Shown: positions 11,464 to 20,212 of the stretch, piece after piece
How positions within the stretch are numbered: position 1 is the first letter of the stretch
How the letters are laid out: each line of letters begins with the position of its first letter
NCBI GenBank assembly: GCA_027064425.1
Contig: JAMOPO010000027.1
Coordinates: 64,001 to 128,000 of the forward strand
Source of the DNA: Methanobacteriota archaeon
GTDB taxonomy: Archaea > JAADCQ01 > Methanopyri > Methanopyrales > Methanopyraceae
Direction of reading: 5' to 3'
Length of the DNA stretch: 64,000 bases
The notes under the pieces: generated by a model
Database searches by the model: none
Told to the model about the DNA's origin: nothing
The model's input: only the letters and a program-made list of their open reading frames with translations
Position numbers and translations under genes: made by a program

Positions 11464-12404
11464 CGACGACCCCCCACCTCGAAGACCTCGTACTCCCCGG
11501 GCTCGATCTGGCTGATGCCCTCGATCTCCTCCCCGAAGATCCGGCGCAGGGCGACCTCCTCGGACGAGATGCCGATCGTGCCGTCCTTGCCGTACCCGAT
11601 GACGCCCGGTCTCAGGCCGAGCGGGTCCCGAGCGACGGCGATGGCGTCCGGGGTGCTGATGATGAAGCAGAACGGGCCGTCCAGCTCCCGGATGGCCTCC
11701 TCCATCGCCTCCTCGAGCGAGTAGCCGTTCATGAGCTTGTCCGCGATGTAAACCACGATGCACTCCGAATCGTTGTCAGTCTTGAACTTGTAGCCTTTCA
11801 TCTCCAGGAGCTCTCGAATGGAGTAGTAATTGGTGATCTGGCCGTTGTGCACCACGGCGATGTTCGGGACGAGGTAGCTCTGGAACGGGTGCGCGTGGTA
11901 CCGGTCGACCACGGACTCCGTGGAGAAGCGCACGTGCCCGATCCCGTGCGTGCCCGTGAGATCCTCCACCCCGTACTGCGACGAGACCTCCACCGCCTTG
12001 CCAACGTCCTTGAGGATCTCGAACCCCTGACCCGCGCTGAGCACGGTGATGCCGGCCTCGTCCTCGATCTTGCGGGTCACCTCGGCGAGCTCCCGCTGCC
12101 CCTCCTCGCCCGCCGGGATGCCCTTCACGAAGACGCGGTAGACGACGGTGCCGCCGTCCTCGGTCAGCCGCTCGACCTTGGTCACCTTGCGGTCCGGCCC
12201 GAGGCAGTGTTCCACGCTGGAGAGCAGGTCTCGCTCCTCATCGGCGGACAGCTCCAGCACCAGGATCGTGGAGTCCGTGTCCCGGTAAATACCGTAGCCG
12301 GCCGAGTCGGGCCCCCTGTGCTGCATTGCATCGAGCATCTCGGTCAGCAGGTGGCCCACCGAGCCCGGCTCGGGCAGGACTATCCCGGCGATCCCGCACG
12401 TCAA
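11460..12404 (-). CDS. Class II glutamine amidotransferase (glutamate synthase domain 1-like)
   Basis: N-terminal CGIAG, HRGPDSAG, GHVRFST, AHPF, HNGQITN, TDNDSE, RDPLGLRP. Confidence 0.9.
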   Translation of the reverse strand: MTCGIAGIVLPEPGSVGHLLTEMLDAMQHRGPDSAGYGIYRDTDSTILVLELSADEERDLLSSVEHCLGPDRKVTKVERLTEDGGTVVYRVFVKGIPAGEEGQRELAEVTRKIEDEAGITVLSAGQGFEILKDVGKAVEVSSQYGVEDLTGTHGIGHVRFSTESVVDRYHAHPFQSYLVPNIAVVHNGQITNYYSIRELLEMKGYKFKTDNDSECIVVYIADKLMNGYSLEEAMEEAIRELDGPFCFIISTPDAIAVARDPLGLRPGVIGYGKDGTIGISSEEVALRRIFGEEIEGISQIEPGEYEVFEVGGRR

Positions 12405-12419
12405 CCCCGCTCACTCCCG

Positions 12420-13031
12420 TCACACCTTTTCCAGGAAGTAAGCGTGGAGGCGGTGATCGTCCGTCAGCTCCGGGTGGAACGCGGTGGCCAGCAGGTGGTC
12501 CTGCTCCACGGCGACGATGTAGTCACCGTACTCGGCCAGCACGTCCACGTCGTCGGACAGGACCTTGTCCACGGCGGGCGCGCGAATGAACACGGCCCGG
12601 AACTCGCCTCCCTCCAGCCCCTTGATCTCCAGGTCGACCTCGAAGGACTCCCGCTGCCGTCCGAACGCGTTCCTCACCACGCGGACGTCCATCAGGCCCA
12701 GCAGGGGCTGCTCGATGTCCACCTTAGTCCCGGGGTGCGCCTGCGGCACGACCTCCCGGGCCAGCAGCACCATGCCCGCGCACGTTCCCATGATCGGGAC
12801 CTCGGACTCCGCGAGCTCCAGCAGCGGCTTGACGAGCCCGTGCCGCTCCATCAGCTTGCCGATGGTCGTGCTCTCCCCACCCGGTAGTACGACCGCGTCC
12901 ACCCCCTCGAGGTCCTCAGGGTACCGGGCCCAGACCACCTCAACGTCCTCGCCCAGCTCCTCGCCCGCGCGCTCGAGCGCCCACTCATGCTCCTCCACGT
13001 CACCCTGCACGGCTATCACGGCCACCTTCAC
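12420..13031 (-). CDS. pdxT: Pyridoxal 5'-phosphate synthase glutaminase subunit
   Basis: LPGGESTT, GTCAGM, RNAFGRQ, FIRAP, FHPE. Confidence 0.96.
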   Translation of the reverse strand: MKVAVIAVQGDVEEHEWALERAGEELGEDVEVVWARYPEDLEGVDAVVLPGGESTTIGKLMERHGLVKPLLELAESEVPIMGTCAGMVLLAREVVPQAHPGTKVDIEQPLLGLMDVRVVRNAFGRQRESFEVDLEIKGLEGGEFRAVFIRAPAVDKVLSDDVDVLAEYGDYIVAVEQDHLLATAFHPELTDDHRLHAYFLEKV

Positions 13032-13043
13032 GGCGACACCCCC

Positions 13044-13994
13044 CTAGATCTCGCTCAACTTACCCCCCACTCGACGGTAGTACCGTGAGCCGCGAGCGCG
13101 CAGCGGCCCGGTCACGGCCTCGTCGCTCAACCTGCCGCTGCGGATCACCACGTCGCGACCGTAGCGCTTGGGACAGTCTAAAATGCACGCGACGACGCGC
13201 TCGTGCTCCTCCAGCAGGAGCTCCCGCACGCGATCCACCACCCGCTCGGGAGGGTTCTTTGAGGAGGCCGCGACCCCGTAGAATTTCACGTTTTCCACCT
13301 CGAACTCCCCCCACTCGACCTCGCCACGAAACCTCCCCAGCGCGCGCATGAGCCGCTCCATCAGGGAGCGGTCCCACGTGATCGCGCTGAGGTTGACGCC
13401 GCGGGACTCCACCGCCCCGACGGTCTCCCACCCGGTATCCTCGCCCCGCGTGACCGCCCGGACCTGCGCGATCGTTTCCTCCCCACCCACGAACGCGTTC
13501 CCGCTGATCCGCACCACCTCACCGGAGTACTCCGCGGGCCGACCCATCACCACGGTGTAATCGTCCACGTCCTCCTCCACCACCGAGCCCGCCCCCACGA
13601 CCGCGCCGTCGCCCACGCGCACGCCGCCGTAGATGACCACCCGCATGCCGATGAAGCAGTCGTACCCCAGGACCGCCCGCTCCCCGCCCACCACGCCGAC
13701 CAGCGACCCGTCCCCGATGAACGCGTCGTTCCCCACCTCCGCTCGCACCACCGAGAACGGGGAGATGCTGGCGCGCTCGCCCACGTCGGAGTCGAACACG
13801 CGGCAGAACCCGTAGATGGCGGCCTTCCGCCGGATGACCACGCCCGGCCCGATCTCCGCGTACGCGCCGATCTCCGCGGTCACGTCGGCCAGATTGTCGC
13901 CTATGATCCGGACGCCCTCGTCCAGGATCGCCGGGTGACGGTACTTGTCGTCCTCCCGCAGGGGCCGCAGTCGCTCCCGCTTATCCCTCCTCAT
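13044..13994 (-). CDS. Left-handed beta-helix (hexapeptide repeat) acyltransferase-like protein with extra C-terminal domain
   Basis: Hexapeptide repeats ([34 protein letters not shown]). Confidence 0.7.
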   Translation of the reverse strand: MRRDKRERLRPLREDDKYRHPAILDEGVRIIGDNLADVTAEIGAYAEIGPGVVIRRKAAIYGFCRVFDSDVGERASISPFSVVRAEVGNDAFIGDGSLVGVVGGERAVLGYDCFIGMRVVIYGGVRVGDGAVVGAGSVVEEDVDDYTVVMGRPAEYSGEVVRISGNAFVGGEETIAQVRAVTRGEDTGWETVGAVESRGVNLSAITWDRSLMERLMRALGRFRGEVEWGEFEVENVKFYGVAASSKNPPERVVDRVRELLLEEHERVVACILDCPKRYGRDVVIRSGRLSDEAVTGPLRARGSRYYRRVGGKLSEI

Positions 13995-14577
13995 CCCCCT
14001 CTCCCTCCCGGTACTGCAGGTACCTCTCGATCACGCGCTGGGCCTCCTCGTCCTCCAGCCAGTCCACGTCGTCACCCTCCCGGGACTCCACGGCCTCGAG
14101 CACCCGCTCCGCCACCTCGTCCTCGTCCAGCCCCGTCACGTCCAGCTGGACCACATCCTTCGGCGGCCGCATGGGGTGCCCGCCGGACCTCACCTCCACC
14201 GCCTCCCCGTAGCAAACTCCCACGAACTCCGCCTCCAGGTTCTCCGCGATCTTGCGCGGGGAGTAGCCCTTCTTCTTCAGCCGCCGCTCGAGCTCCCGGG
14301 GGTGCAGCCGCAGCACGATCACCAGGTCCACCGGCATGAGGTGGGCGTAGTGCGACTCGACGAACGCCGGATCGGACTCCGGCTCCCACTCCTCCACGTA
14401 CCGCTCCAGCGCGTGCAGGTCCACCACGCGCGCCTGACGCTCCTCGTCCTCCTCCAGCAGCGCGTCGATCTCCCTCGCCACCCGGTTGAGATGCAGCACA
14501 TCGTACCCCCTGCGCCGCAGCACCTTGCCCACGGTCGTCTTGCCGACCCCGGGAGTTCCCGTGATCGCCACCTTCAC
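13981..14577 (-). CDS. Adenylate kinase, AK6/Fap7 family
   Basis: [11 protein letters not shown] Walker A, FVESH, RLKKKGY..KIAEN. Confidence 0.88.
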   Translation of the reverse strand: MKVAITGTPGVGKTTVGKVLRRRGYDVLHLNRVAREIDALLEEDEERQARVVDLHALERYVEEWEPESDPAFVESHYAHLMPVDLVIVLRLHPRELERRLKKKGYSPRKIAENLEAEFVGVCYGEAVEVRSGGHPMRPPKDVVQLDVTGLDEDEVAERVLEAVESREGDDVDWLEDEEAQRVIERYLQYREGEGDEEG

Positions 14578-14601
14578 GGCGGGCTCGCCCCTTGCGCGGC
14601 T

Positions 14602-15567
14602 CTACCGGTACACCTCCACGCGAAGGCCCTCGTCCCGGAGGATCCGCCTAGCCCGCGCGAGCCCGCCTTCACCCACGGCCTCGGCCCGTCCCCTCGCGGG
14701 CGGTCTCGAAACCGTGTTCAGCTGCACCTCCCGAACCCCCAGCCCGGACAGTAAGCCCGCCAGCTCCCGCAGGTGGTCTGGGCCCGCGTTGGTAACGTCG
14801 CCCACCCGGCAGAGCAGCACCTCCACCGTGACGTCCTCCGAGACCGCCTCCAGCTGCTCCACCAGGTGGTCCAGGGACAGGTCGGGGTGCGGCCGGTTAA
14901 TCCGACGGTACAGATCCTCCCGGGCGCAATCCAAGCTGGCGATGATTCGGTCCAGCTCGGCGGGACACTCCGAGACCCAGGTGGAGTTGGTCAGGATGAC
15001 CAGCTCGGCGCCGGCCCGCTCCACCAGTGGGGCGATTTCCTCCACGACCTCCTCCAAGTTGGCGCACAGGGTCGGCTCCCCCACGCCCGCGAGCGTGACG
15101 GCGTCCGGCCGGCAGTCCCCGAGCGCGGTCCGCAACTCCTCAGCGAGCGTGGTCGGGTCGATCTCAAACCGCTCCTCCGGGGACACGCGCCGCGGGACGC
15201 CGACGCTGCAGTACTCGCAGTCCTGGGTGCACACGCCGCGGGGCAGATCGATGCCTAGGGACTGACCCAGCCGGCGTGAGGGTACGGGCCCGTACACCAG
15301 CGGGCGCCGGGGCGCGCTCTCCAGGGACTCCACCTCCACCTCGACGCCCAGCTTGCGGGCGAGCTTCACCAGGGTGCGGGCGGCGGAGTCCTCACCGCGC
15401 CCCGTGATCCGCAGCTCTCCGGAGTCTCGATCGACCTCGACCTGCTGTCCCGCGGGAGAAACCGCCACCATCCGAGACCCTTGCTCGCGGACCCTCCAGC
15501 CGAGCTCACGCAGCCCCCGCATGAGCCGATCCGGATCCCGGGTTCGACCCGTGAGCACGGTGCTCAC
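14602..15567 (-). CDS. Radical SAM protein (COG0731-like) with extra N-terminal domain
   Basis: YGPVPSRRLGQSLGID, CTQDCEYC, GVGEPTL, LTNS. Confidence 0.8.
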   Translation of the reverse strand: MSTVLTGRTRDPDRLMRGLRELGWRVREQGSRMVAVSPAGQQVEVDRDSGELRITGRGEDSAARTLVKLARKLGVEVEVESLESAPRRPLVYGPVPSRRLGQSLGIDLPRGVCTQDCEYCSVGVPRRVSPEERFEIDPTTLAEELRTALGDCRPDAVTLAGVGEPTLCANLEEVVEEIAPLVERAGAELVILTNSTWVSECPAELDRIIASLDCAREDLYRRINRPHPDLSLDHLVEQLEAVSEDVTVEVLLCRVGDVTNAGPDHLRELAGLLSGLGVREVQLNTVSRPPARGRAEAVGEGGLARARRILRDEGLRVEVYR

Positions 15568-16265
15568 TCCCGAAGCGCCTCGATCAGGTCCTCAACCTCG
15601 CCCGACCCCAGGAACTCGAACGCGTCGGGATGCTCCCGGCCCAGCTCCCGGTAAACCGTGGCAAAGTCCTCGTTCCGGACGACGTCTTCGAGCACGATCA
15701 CGCGCCGGAGGTTGGGGACGTGCTTCCTGATCGTGTATTTAAACCGCTCCCGCGGGCGACCCCTCAGCTTACGGACCGGATTGTGGGCGACGATCAGGTA
15801 GTCCGGGTCCATGTGCGTGAATATCGAGGACATCTGCGCGCGGATCCCGAAGTCGATTCCCGCCTCCATCCCGCACCTGAGGTTGAAGTACGTGTCGTCG
15901 ACGGGCGTCCCCACGGCGACGAACCGCAGGTCCTCACGCAGCTCGTCGACCACGCGCTCCAGGCACTCTGCCGCCCGGTACAGGACCTCGTGGTTGCGGC
16001 GGTCGGTGAGAAAGCACACGGCCACGGCCACCTCAGGACGCCCCGCCGTCAGGTTCCCCCCGCGGCGGCAGCGATCGCAGTACGGGCCGGTGCCGTTCAC
16101 GTAGGGACCCTCCTCCAGCTCCTCTCCCCGGAGGTCGTTGCACCGGGTGCAGTTGCAGTGCGACAGCGGGATCCTGATCAACCGCCCGCAGCCGGCGCAC
16201 CTCCGGATCTTGAAGGAGCCCAAATCCCGAGGGTCGGGCGGGTTCCTGGCGGTCACCAGAGACAA
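15564..16265 (-). CDS. Hypothetical Cys-rich protein
   Basis: TTG 16265 after G-rich RBS; CAGC, CNCTRC, CDRC; GTGA-coupled to the radical SAM gene. Confidence 0.6.
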   Translation of the reverse strand: MSLVTARNPPDPRDLGSFKIRRCAGCGRLIRIPLSHCNCTRCNDLRGEELEEGPYVNGTGPYCDRCRRGGNLTAGRPEVAVAVCFLTDRRNHEVLYRAAECLERVVDELREDLRFVAVGTPVDDTYFNLRCGMEAGIDFGIRAQMSSIFTHMDPDYLIVAHNPVRKLRGRPRERFKYTIRKHVPNLRRVIVLEDVVRNEDFATVYRELGREHPDAFEFLGSGEVEDLIEALRE

Positions 16266-16599
16266 TTCCCGCCCCCCCCGGTTAGCCGGATCAAGGACGC
16301 CCGAGAGATGAGAACGCGCGGCTAGGGGGCGCCCAGCGGGCCCACCACGAGCCGTGATCGGGCGAGTGCTCGGGGCGAGGGGACGGGTCATTCAGGCTCC
16401 ACGCACGGGCTTCGGGAGATCAGCGGTCGCCGCGCCGCTCGCCGCTTCTCACCGAGCACGCGGCACGCGGAGCGTGGGATGAGCCGTCGACCCCCGGCGC
16501 GATCCACCGGCTCCGCCTCCGAGGCCCGCGCCACGCCTCGAGAGGAGTGATCGGGCGGGTGGAGCGGTCGGGCGCACGACCTTTTTCCGGCCCGAGAGC

Positions 16600-16658
16600 C
16601 GGCTCGGCAACGGCGGTCCCGATCATCCGCTCACCCTATCTACCGGTCGTCATCGCCC
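16600..16658 (-). ncRNA. C/D box sRNA candidate immediately downstream of gatA
   Basis: C ATGACGA (16653-16647), guide CCGGTAGATAGG, D' GTGA, C' ATGATCG, guide GGACCGCCGTTG, D CCGA (16607-16604), GGC/GCC terminal stem; first guide complementary to archaeal 23S CUAUCUACCGG. Confidence 0.75.
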
Positions 16659-18032
16659 TCACGGCTCGAACCGGGCGGCGTCCTCCAACGCCGCCATGGC
16701 GTTCAGGACGGTGAGGTCCTCCCAGGGCCGGCCTATCACCTGCACCCCGCACGGCACCTCGTCGCCGTCGACGCGGATGGTGTCGAACGGGACGGTGCCC
16801 GCCGGGCACCCGGCCAGGTTGGGGATGACCGTGAGCACATCGTACTCGTACATCTCCCGGACGGTGAGCTCCTCGCCCAGCCGGTGCGGCGGTTTGGGTA
16901 CCGTCGGGCCGATCAGCACGTCGTACTCCTCGAGCACCTCCAGCAGCTTCGACCGGATCCAGGACCGGGCGCGCAGGGCCCGCTCGTAGTACTTGCCGCG
17001 CGCCTCCTGCCGGCTGATCGCCGCTCCGGCAACGATCCGCCGCAGCACCTCCCTCCCGCACACGTGCTCGATCCGACGGCCGTACCGGCGACCGTCGAAG
17101 CGGCGCGTCGCGGAGAAGAACTCAACGTAGTTAATGATGTAGTACGTCGGCAGGGCCAGATCCACCAGCTTGCGTCCCACGCTCACGACCTCTACCTCGG
17201 CGCCCGCCGACTCCAGCGCCTTGGCCGCCTCCTTCGCCACCTCCGCGATCTCCGGCTCGGACACCTCCAGGAACTCCTCCACCAGCCCCACGCGCAGGTG
17301 CCTCACCTCGTCAGGGTCGAGCAGCTCCGAGTAGCGCGGGACCTCGGTGCGGCGCAGCGTGCCCTCCGCCTCCTCCGACGGGCCGGCGATCACCTCCAGC
17401 ACGAGGGCCGCGTCGCGCACCGTTCGGGCGATCGGGCCGATCTGATCGAAGCTCATCGCCAGGTCGATCAGGCCCTGCCGGGGCACGAGCCCGTACGTGG
17501 GCTTGAACCCGACGACCCCGCAGTGCGAGGCCGGGTTCCGGATCGAGCCGCCCGTGTCCGTGCCCAGGGCCGCGTCGCAGAAGCCGGCCGCGACCGCCGC
17601 CGCGCTCCCGGAGCTCGAGCCGCCCGGGATACGGCCCGGGCACCGGGGGTTGTCCGTGGGACCGTGGCACGAGGTCTCACCCGAAGAACCCGCCGCGAAC
17701 TCGTCCATGTTCGCCAGTCCCAGGATCGCCGCTCCCTCGCGCCGGAGACGCTTGACCACGGTCGCGTCGTACGGGGCCCGATACCCTTTTAGTGTGCGTG
17801 ACGCGCAGTCGCAGGGCATCCCCTCGACGTTGATGTTCGCCTTCACCAGGATCGCCGCGCCCGCCAAGCGCCCCTCGTCCGAGACCTCCTCGGGCGCGTC
17901 ATCGTTGACGTACGTCACCGCGTTAATGTCCTCGTCGCGCTCCTCGATCTCCTCCAGGTAACGGTGCACCCGCTCCTTCGGGTCCTCCCGACCCGATGAC
18001 ACCTTCTCCACCGCCTCCACCAGCATGCCCAT
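16659..18032 (-). CDS. gatA: Glu-tRNA(Gln)/Asp-tRNA(Asn) amidotransferase subunit A
   Basis: Amidase signature PGGSSSGSAAAVA, GTDTGGSIRNPAS, MDEFA, EVLRRI. Confidence 0.92.
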   Translation of the reverse strand: MGMLVEAVEKVSSGREDPKERVHRYLEEIEERDEDINAVTYVNDDAPEEVSDEGRLAGAAILVKANINVEGMPCDCASRTLKGYRAPYDATVVKRLRREGAAILGLANMDEFAAGSSGETSCHGPTDNPRCPGRIPGGSSSGSAAAVAAGFCDAALGTDTGGSIRNPASHCGVVGFKPTYGLVPRQGLIDLAMSFDQIGPIARTVRDAALVLEVIAGPSEEAEGTLRRTEVPRYSELLDPDEVRHLRVGLVEEFLEVSEPEIAEVAKEAAKALESAGAEVEVVSVGRKLVDLALPTYYIINYVEFFSATRRFDGRRYGRRIEHVCGREVLRRIVAGAAISRQEARGKYYERALRARSWIRSKLLEVLEEYDVLIGPTVPKPPHRLGEELTVREMYEYDVLTVIPNLAGCPAGTVPFDTIRVDGDEVPCGVQVIGRPWEDLTVLNAMAALEDAARFEP

Positions 18033-18052
18033 CGCCCCGGGGTGACCGCTCG

Positions 18053-20212
18053 GTGCCGGTCCCGCTCCTGGTCACGGTCATATCGTTAACCGTCGCGGCG
18101 CCGGCGGGCGCGCTCCCGCCGGTCCACCTCGATACGAGCTACTTCGTGTACATGGACATAGGGTCCGAGGATCCGAACGATCAGCTGTCCCCGGTCTCTC
18201 CACCGTTCGTGGGTCTCCCCGCCACGAGCCAGTTCACCGGGAGAACAACCTCCGGACCGGCCGGCCAGGCCCAGGGACAGCAGGCGCAGCGGACCGGCCA
18301 GCAGGCCACGACGCCAGCGCCGTCCACGGGCCAGCAGCGGGTGCAGCGGCCCAGCGAGATCGGCGACTGGATCAAGCCGAAGCAGGGGCCTCGCGGCGAG
18401 ACGTACGTGCTCGAGCAGGTGTCGAGCTCGTACCAGATCTCGGTGTACTGGCTGCCCTACTTCTCGCTGCTCTCGTACATGGACGCCCAGGGTCGAATCC
18501 ACGTGATCCCCGCCTCGGCCGACCCCTGGCTCAGGTACCCGGTGCTCAAGGCCGTCCGGCAGCGGTGCCCCGGCATCACGGTCGTCAGGCTGGGGCTGAG
18601 GAACGCCGGGGAGATGCCGGACGTCGTTGACTTCGCGGCCAAACTCGGTTACAGTCGCCTGATCACGATCCTCGCGGAGTACGACCCGCTGGCGCTGTCG
18701 GCGGCTCTCGCCCTCAAGTGGAGGCTGGTGGAGGAGTACTGCAGGGAGGCTGGAGTGGATCCCGCGACCGTGGGCGTGGTGGTTACGGCGGTGGCCCTGA
18801 CCATGGCGAGGGTGCGAGTCGAGAACCCGGCGGATGAGACCGTGGACAGGCGCTACGTGACCGTCCTCGCCCCACTGCTTCCGAACGCGGCCGTCATCGA
18901 CGTAACCGACCTTGACCCGCGGGAGTCGGCCGGTCCACAGTTTCTCGACAACTTCGACCGGCTCCTGGTGGGTGATCGCGAGGTCGACGTCGTCAAAGTC
19001 GTCGTCGTGTACTCAAGCGACCTGTTCCGGGGGTACCTGGAGCGCTACTTCGAGTGGCTACTCGGAAACGTCCCAGGGTTTAGGCGCGAGAAGATCGTGT
19101 TCGTGCGCGCCTCGGCGGACGTCATCCGGGGATCATTCGCGGTCGTGCTGAGCCCTCCGCAGATCCCGGGAGGAGAGGGGTCTCCGAGGGAGCGGGAGGT
19201 CGTGGAGCACTTCTTCCCGTGGCCGGCCACGATGTTCCTGGCCGCGGTGTACGGGATTCCGGTCCTGTGGATGACTCGCGACGTCCAGCCCGAGGGCGTG
19301 CGGTGGGAGGGCCTCATCCTGATCTGGGCGCCGAAGCCGTCGGGCGGTTGGTACTGGGACTTCGAAACTGAGTTCACGCTCACGCTGCCGAGCCTCCTTG
19401 CGGAGATGACGGGACAGGACACCGGGCGGGGTGGGCGAGCAGTCTCGCCCACCACCCTGCTGTCCTACGCGACTCTAATCGACCACCGGGGCAACGCCGT
19501 CCAGGTCGGGGCTCCGGCGTACCTGTTCTCACTACCCTGCCTGGGCCTTTACCCGTGGGACCTGAGCGCGATCGACCTGAACACGGCCGCCGTCGCGTTC
19601 CAGGATCTCGGAATCCTCGTGAATTATTTCCACATCCTCCGACAGGAGCCGGGTGGCGGACACGAGCTTCTGCTCACAGCCCTGTGCGGCCCTTATGGGA
19701 TCGTGGCGGAGGCGGATGCCGCTGGGACGCGCATCATGACGGCCATCAGCAGGCTCGTCCGCGGGCTCATAGATCGCGCAAGATCCAGCCCGGAGCTCCG
19801 GAGCCTGCTCCGCGACGTGCAGGCCGTGGGCGTGGGCCTAAACCTCGCGCTGACCCTGATTAAGGGCCATTACTTCGGCGACGTGCGCCGCGTCGTTGAG
19901 GCAGTCACCGGAGGTGAGGTACACTTCCGGTTCGGTGCCTTCTTCGGCTTAGCCCTGTCCAGGGGCGGGACGAGGACTGAGCCCGTGGTGATCGACTTCG
20001 ACGGTATCGACGAACGCTTCCGCGTCATCATCGGCCGGGGCCGAGCGCCGCGAGTCACGGGGCCGTGCCTGCAGGCCTGGGTGTGTGACATCTACACGGT
20101 CCTGGAGTGGAGTCACTCGCGGGGACGGAGGCACGTCCCGGGGGTCGTGTGGTGGTGGGTGTGCGCGCTGGCGTGGTGCTGCTGGCGCTGGTGGCCGCGG
20201 CGGTGCCGGTGA
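18053..20212 (+). CDS. Large secreted/surface hypothetical protein with Gln-rich linker
   Basis: GTG 18053 after GGGGTGA RBS; hydrophobic signal peptide; GQAQGQQAQRTGQQ linker; hydrophobic plus basic C-terminus. Confidence 0.7.
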   Translation: MPVPLLVTVISLTVAAPAGALPPVHLDTSYFVYMDIGSEDPNDQLSPVSPPFVGLPATSQFTGRTTSGPAGQAQGQQAQRTGQQATTPAPSTGQQRVQRPSEIGDWIKPKQGPRGETYVLEQVSSSYQISVYWLPYFSLLSYMDAQGRIHVIPASADPWLRYPVLKAVRQRCPGITVVRLGLRNAGEMPDVVDFAAKLGYSRLITILAEYDPLALSAALALKWRLVEEYCREAGVDPATVGVVVTAVALTMARVRVENPADETVDRRYVTVLAPLLPNAAVIDVTDLDPRESAGPQFLDNFDRLLVGDREVDVVKVVVVYSSDLFRGYLERYFEWLLGNVPGFRREKIVFVRASADVIRGSFAVVLSPPQIPGGEGSPREREVVEHFFPWPATMFLAAVYGIPVLWMTRDVQPEGVRWEGLILIWAPKPSGGWYWDFETEFTLTLPSLLAEMTGQDTGRGGRAVSPTTLLSYATLIDHRGNAVQVGAPAYLFSLPCLGLYPWDLSAIDLNTAAVAFQDLGILVNYFHILRQEPGGGHELLLTALCGPYGIVAEADAAGTRIMTAISRLVRGLIDRARSSPELRSLLRDVQAVGVGLNLALTLIKGHYFGDVRRVVEAVTGGEVHFRFGAFFGLALSRGGTRTEPVVIDFDGIDERFRVIIGRGRAPRVTGPCLQAWVCDIYTVLEWSHSRGRRHVPGVVWWWVCALAWCCWRWWPRRCR

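Noticed and set aside
16280-16595. Possible SRP RNA or RNase P RNA
   Set aside because: Lacks the SRP helix 8 motif and the RNase P P4 signatures; kept only as an unknown structured element
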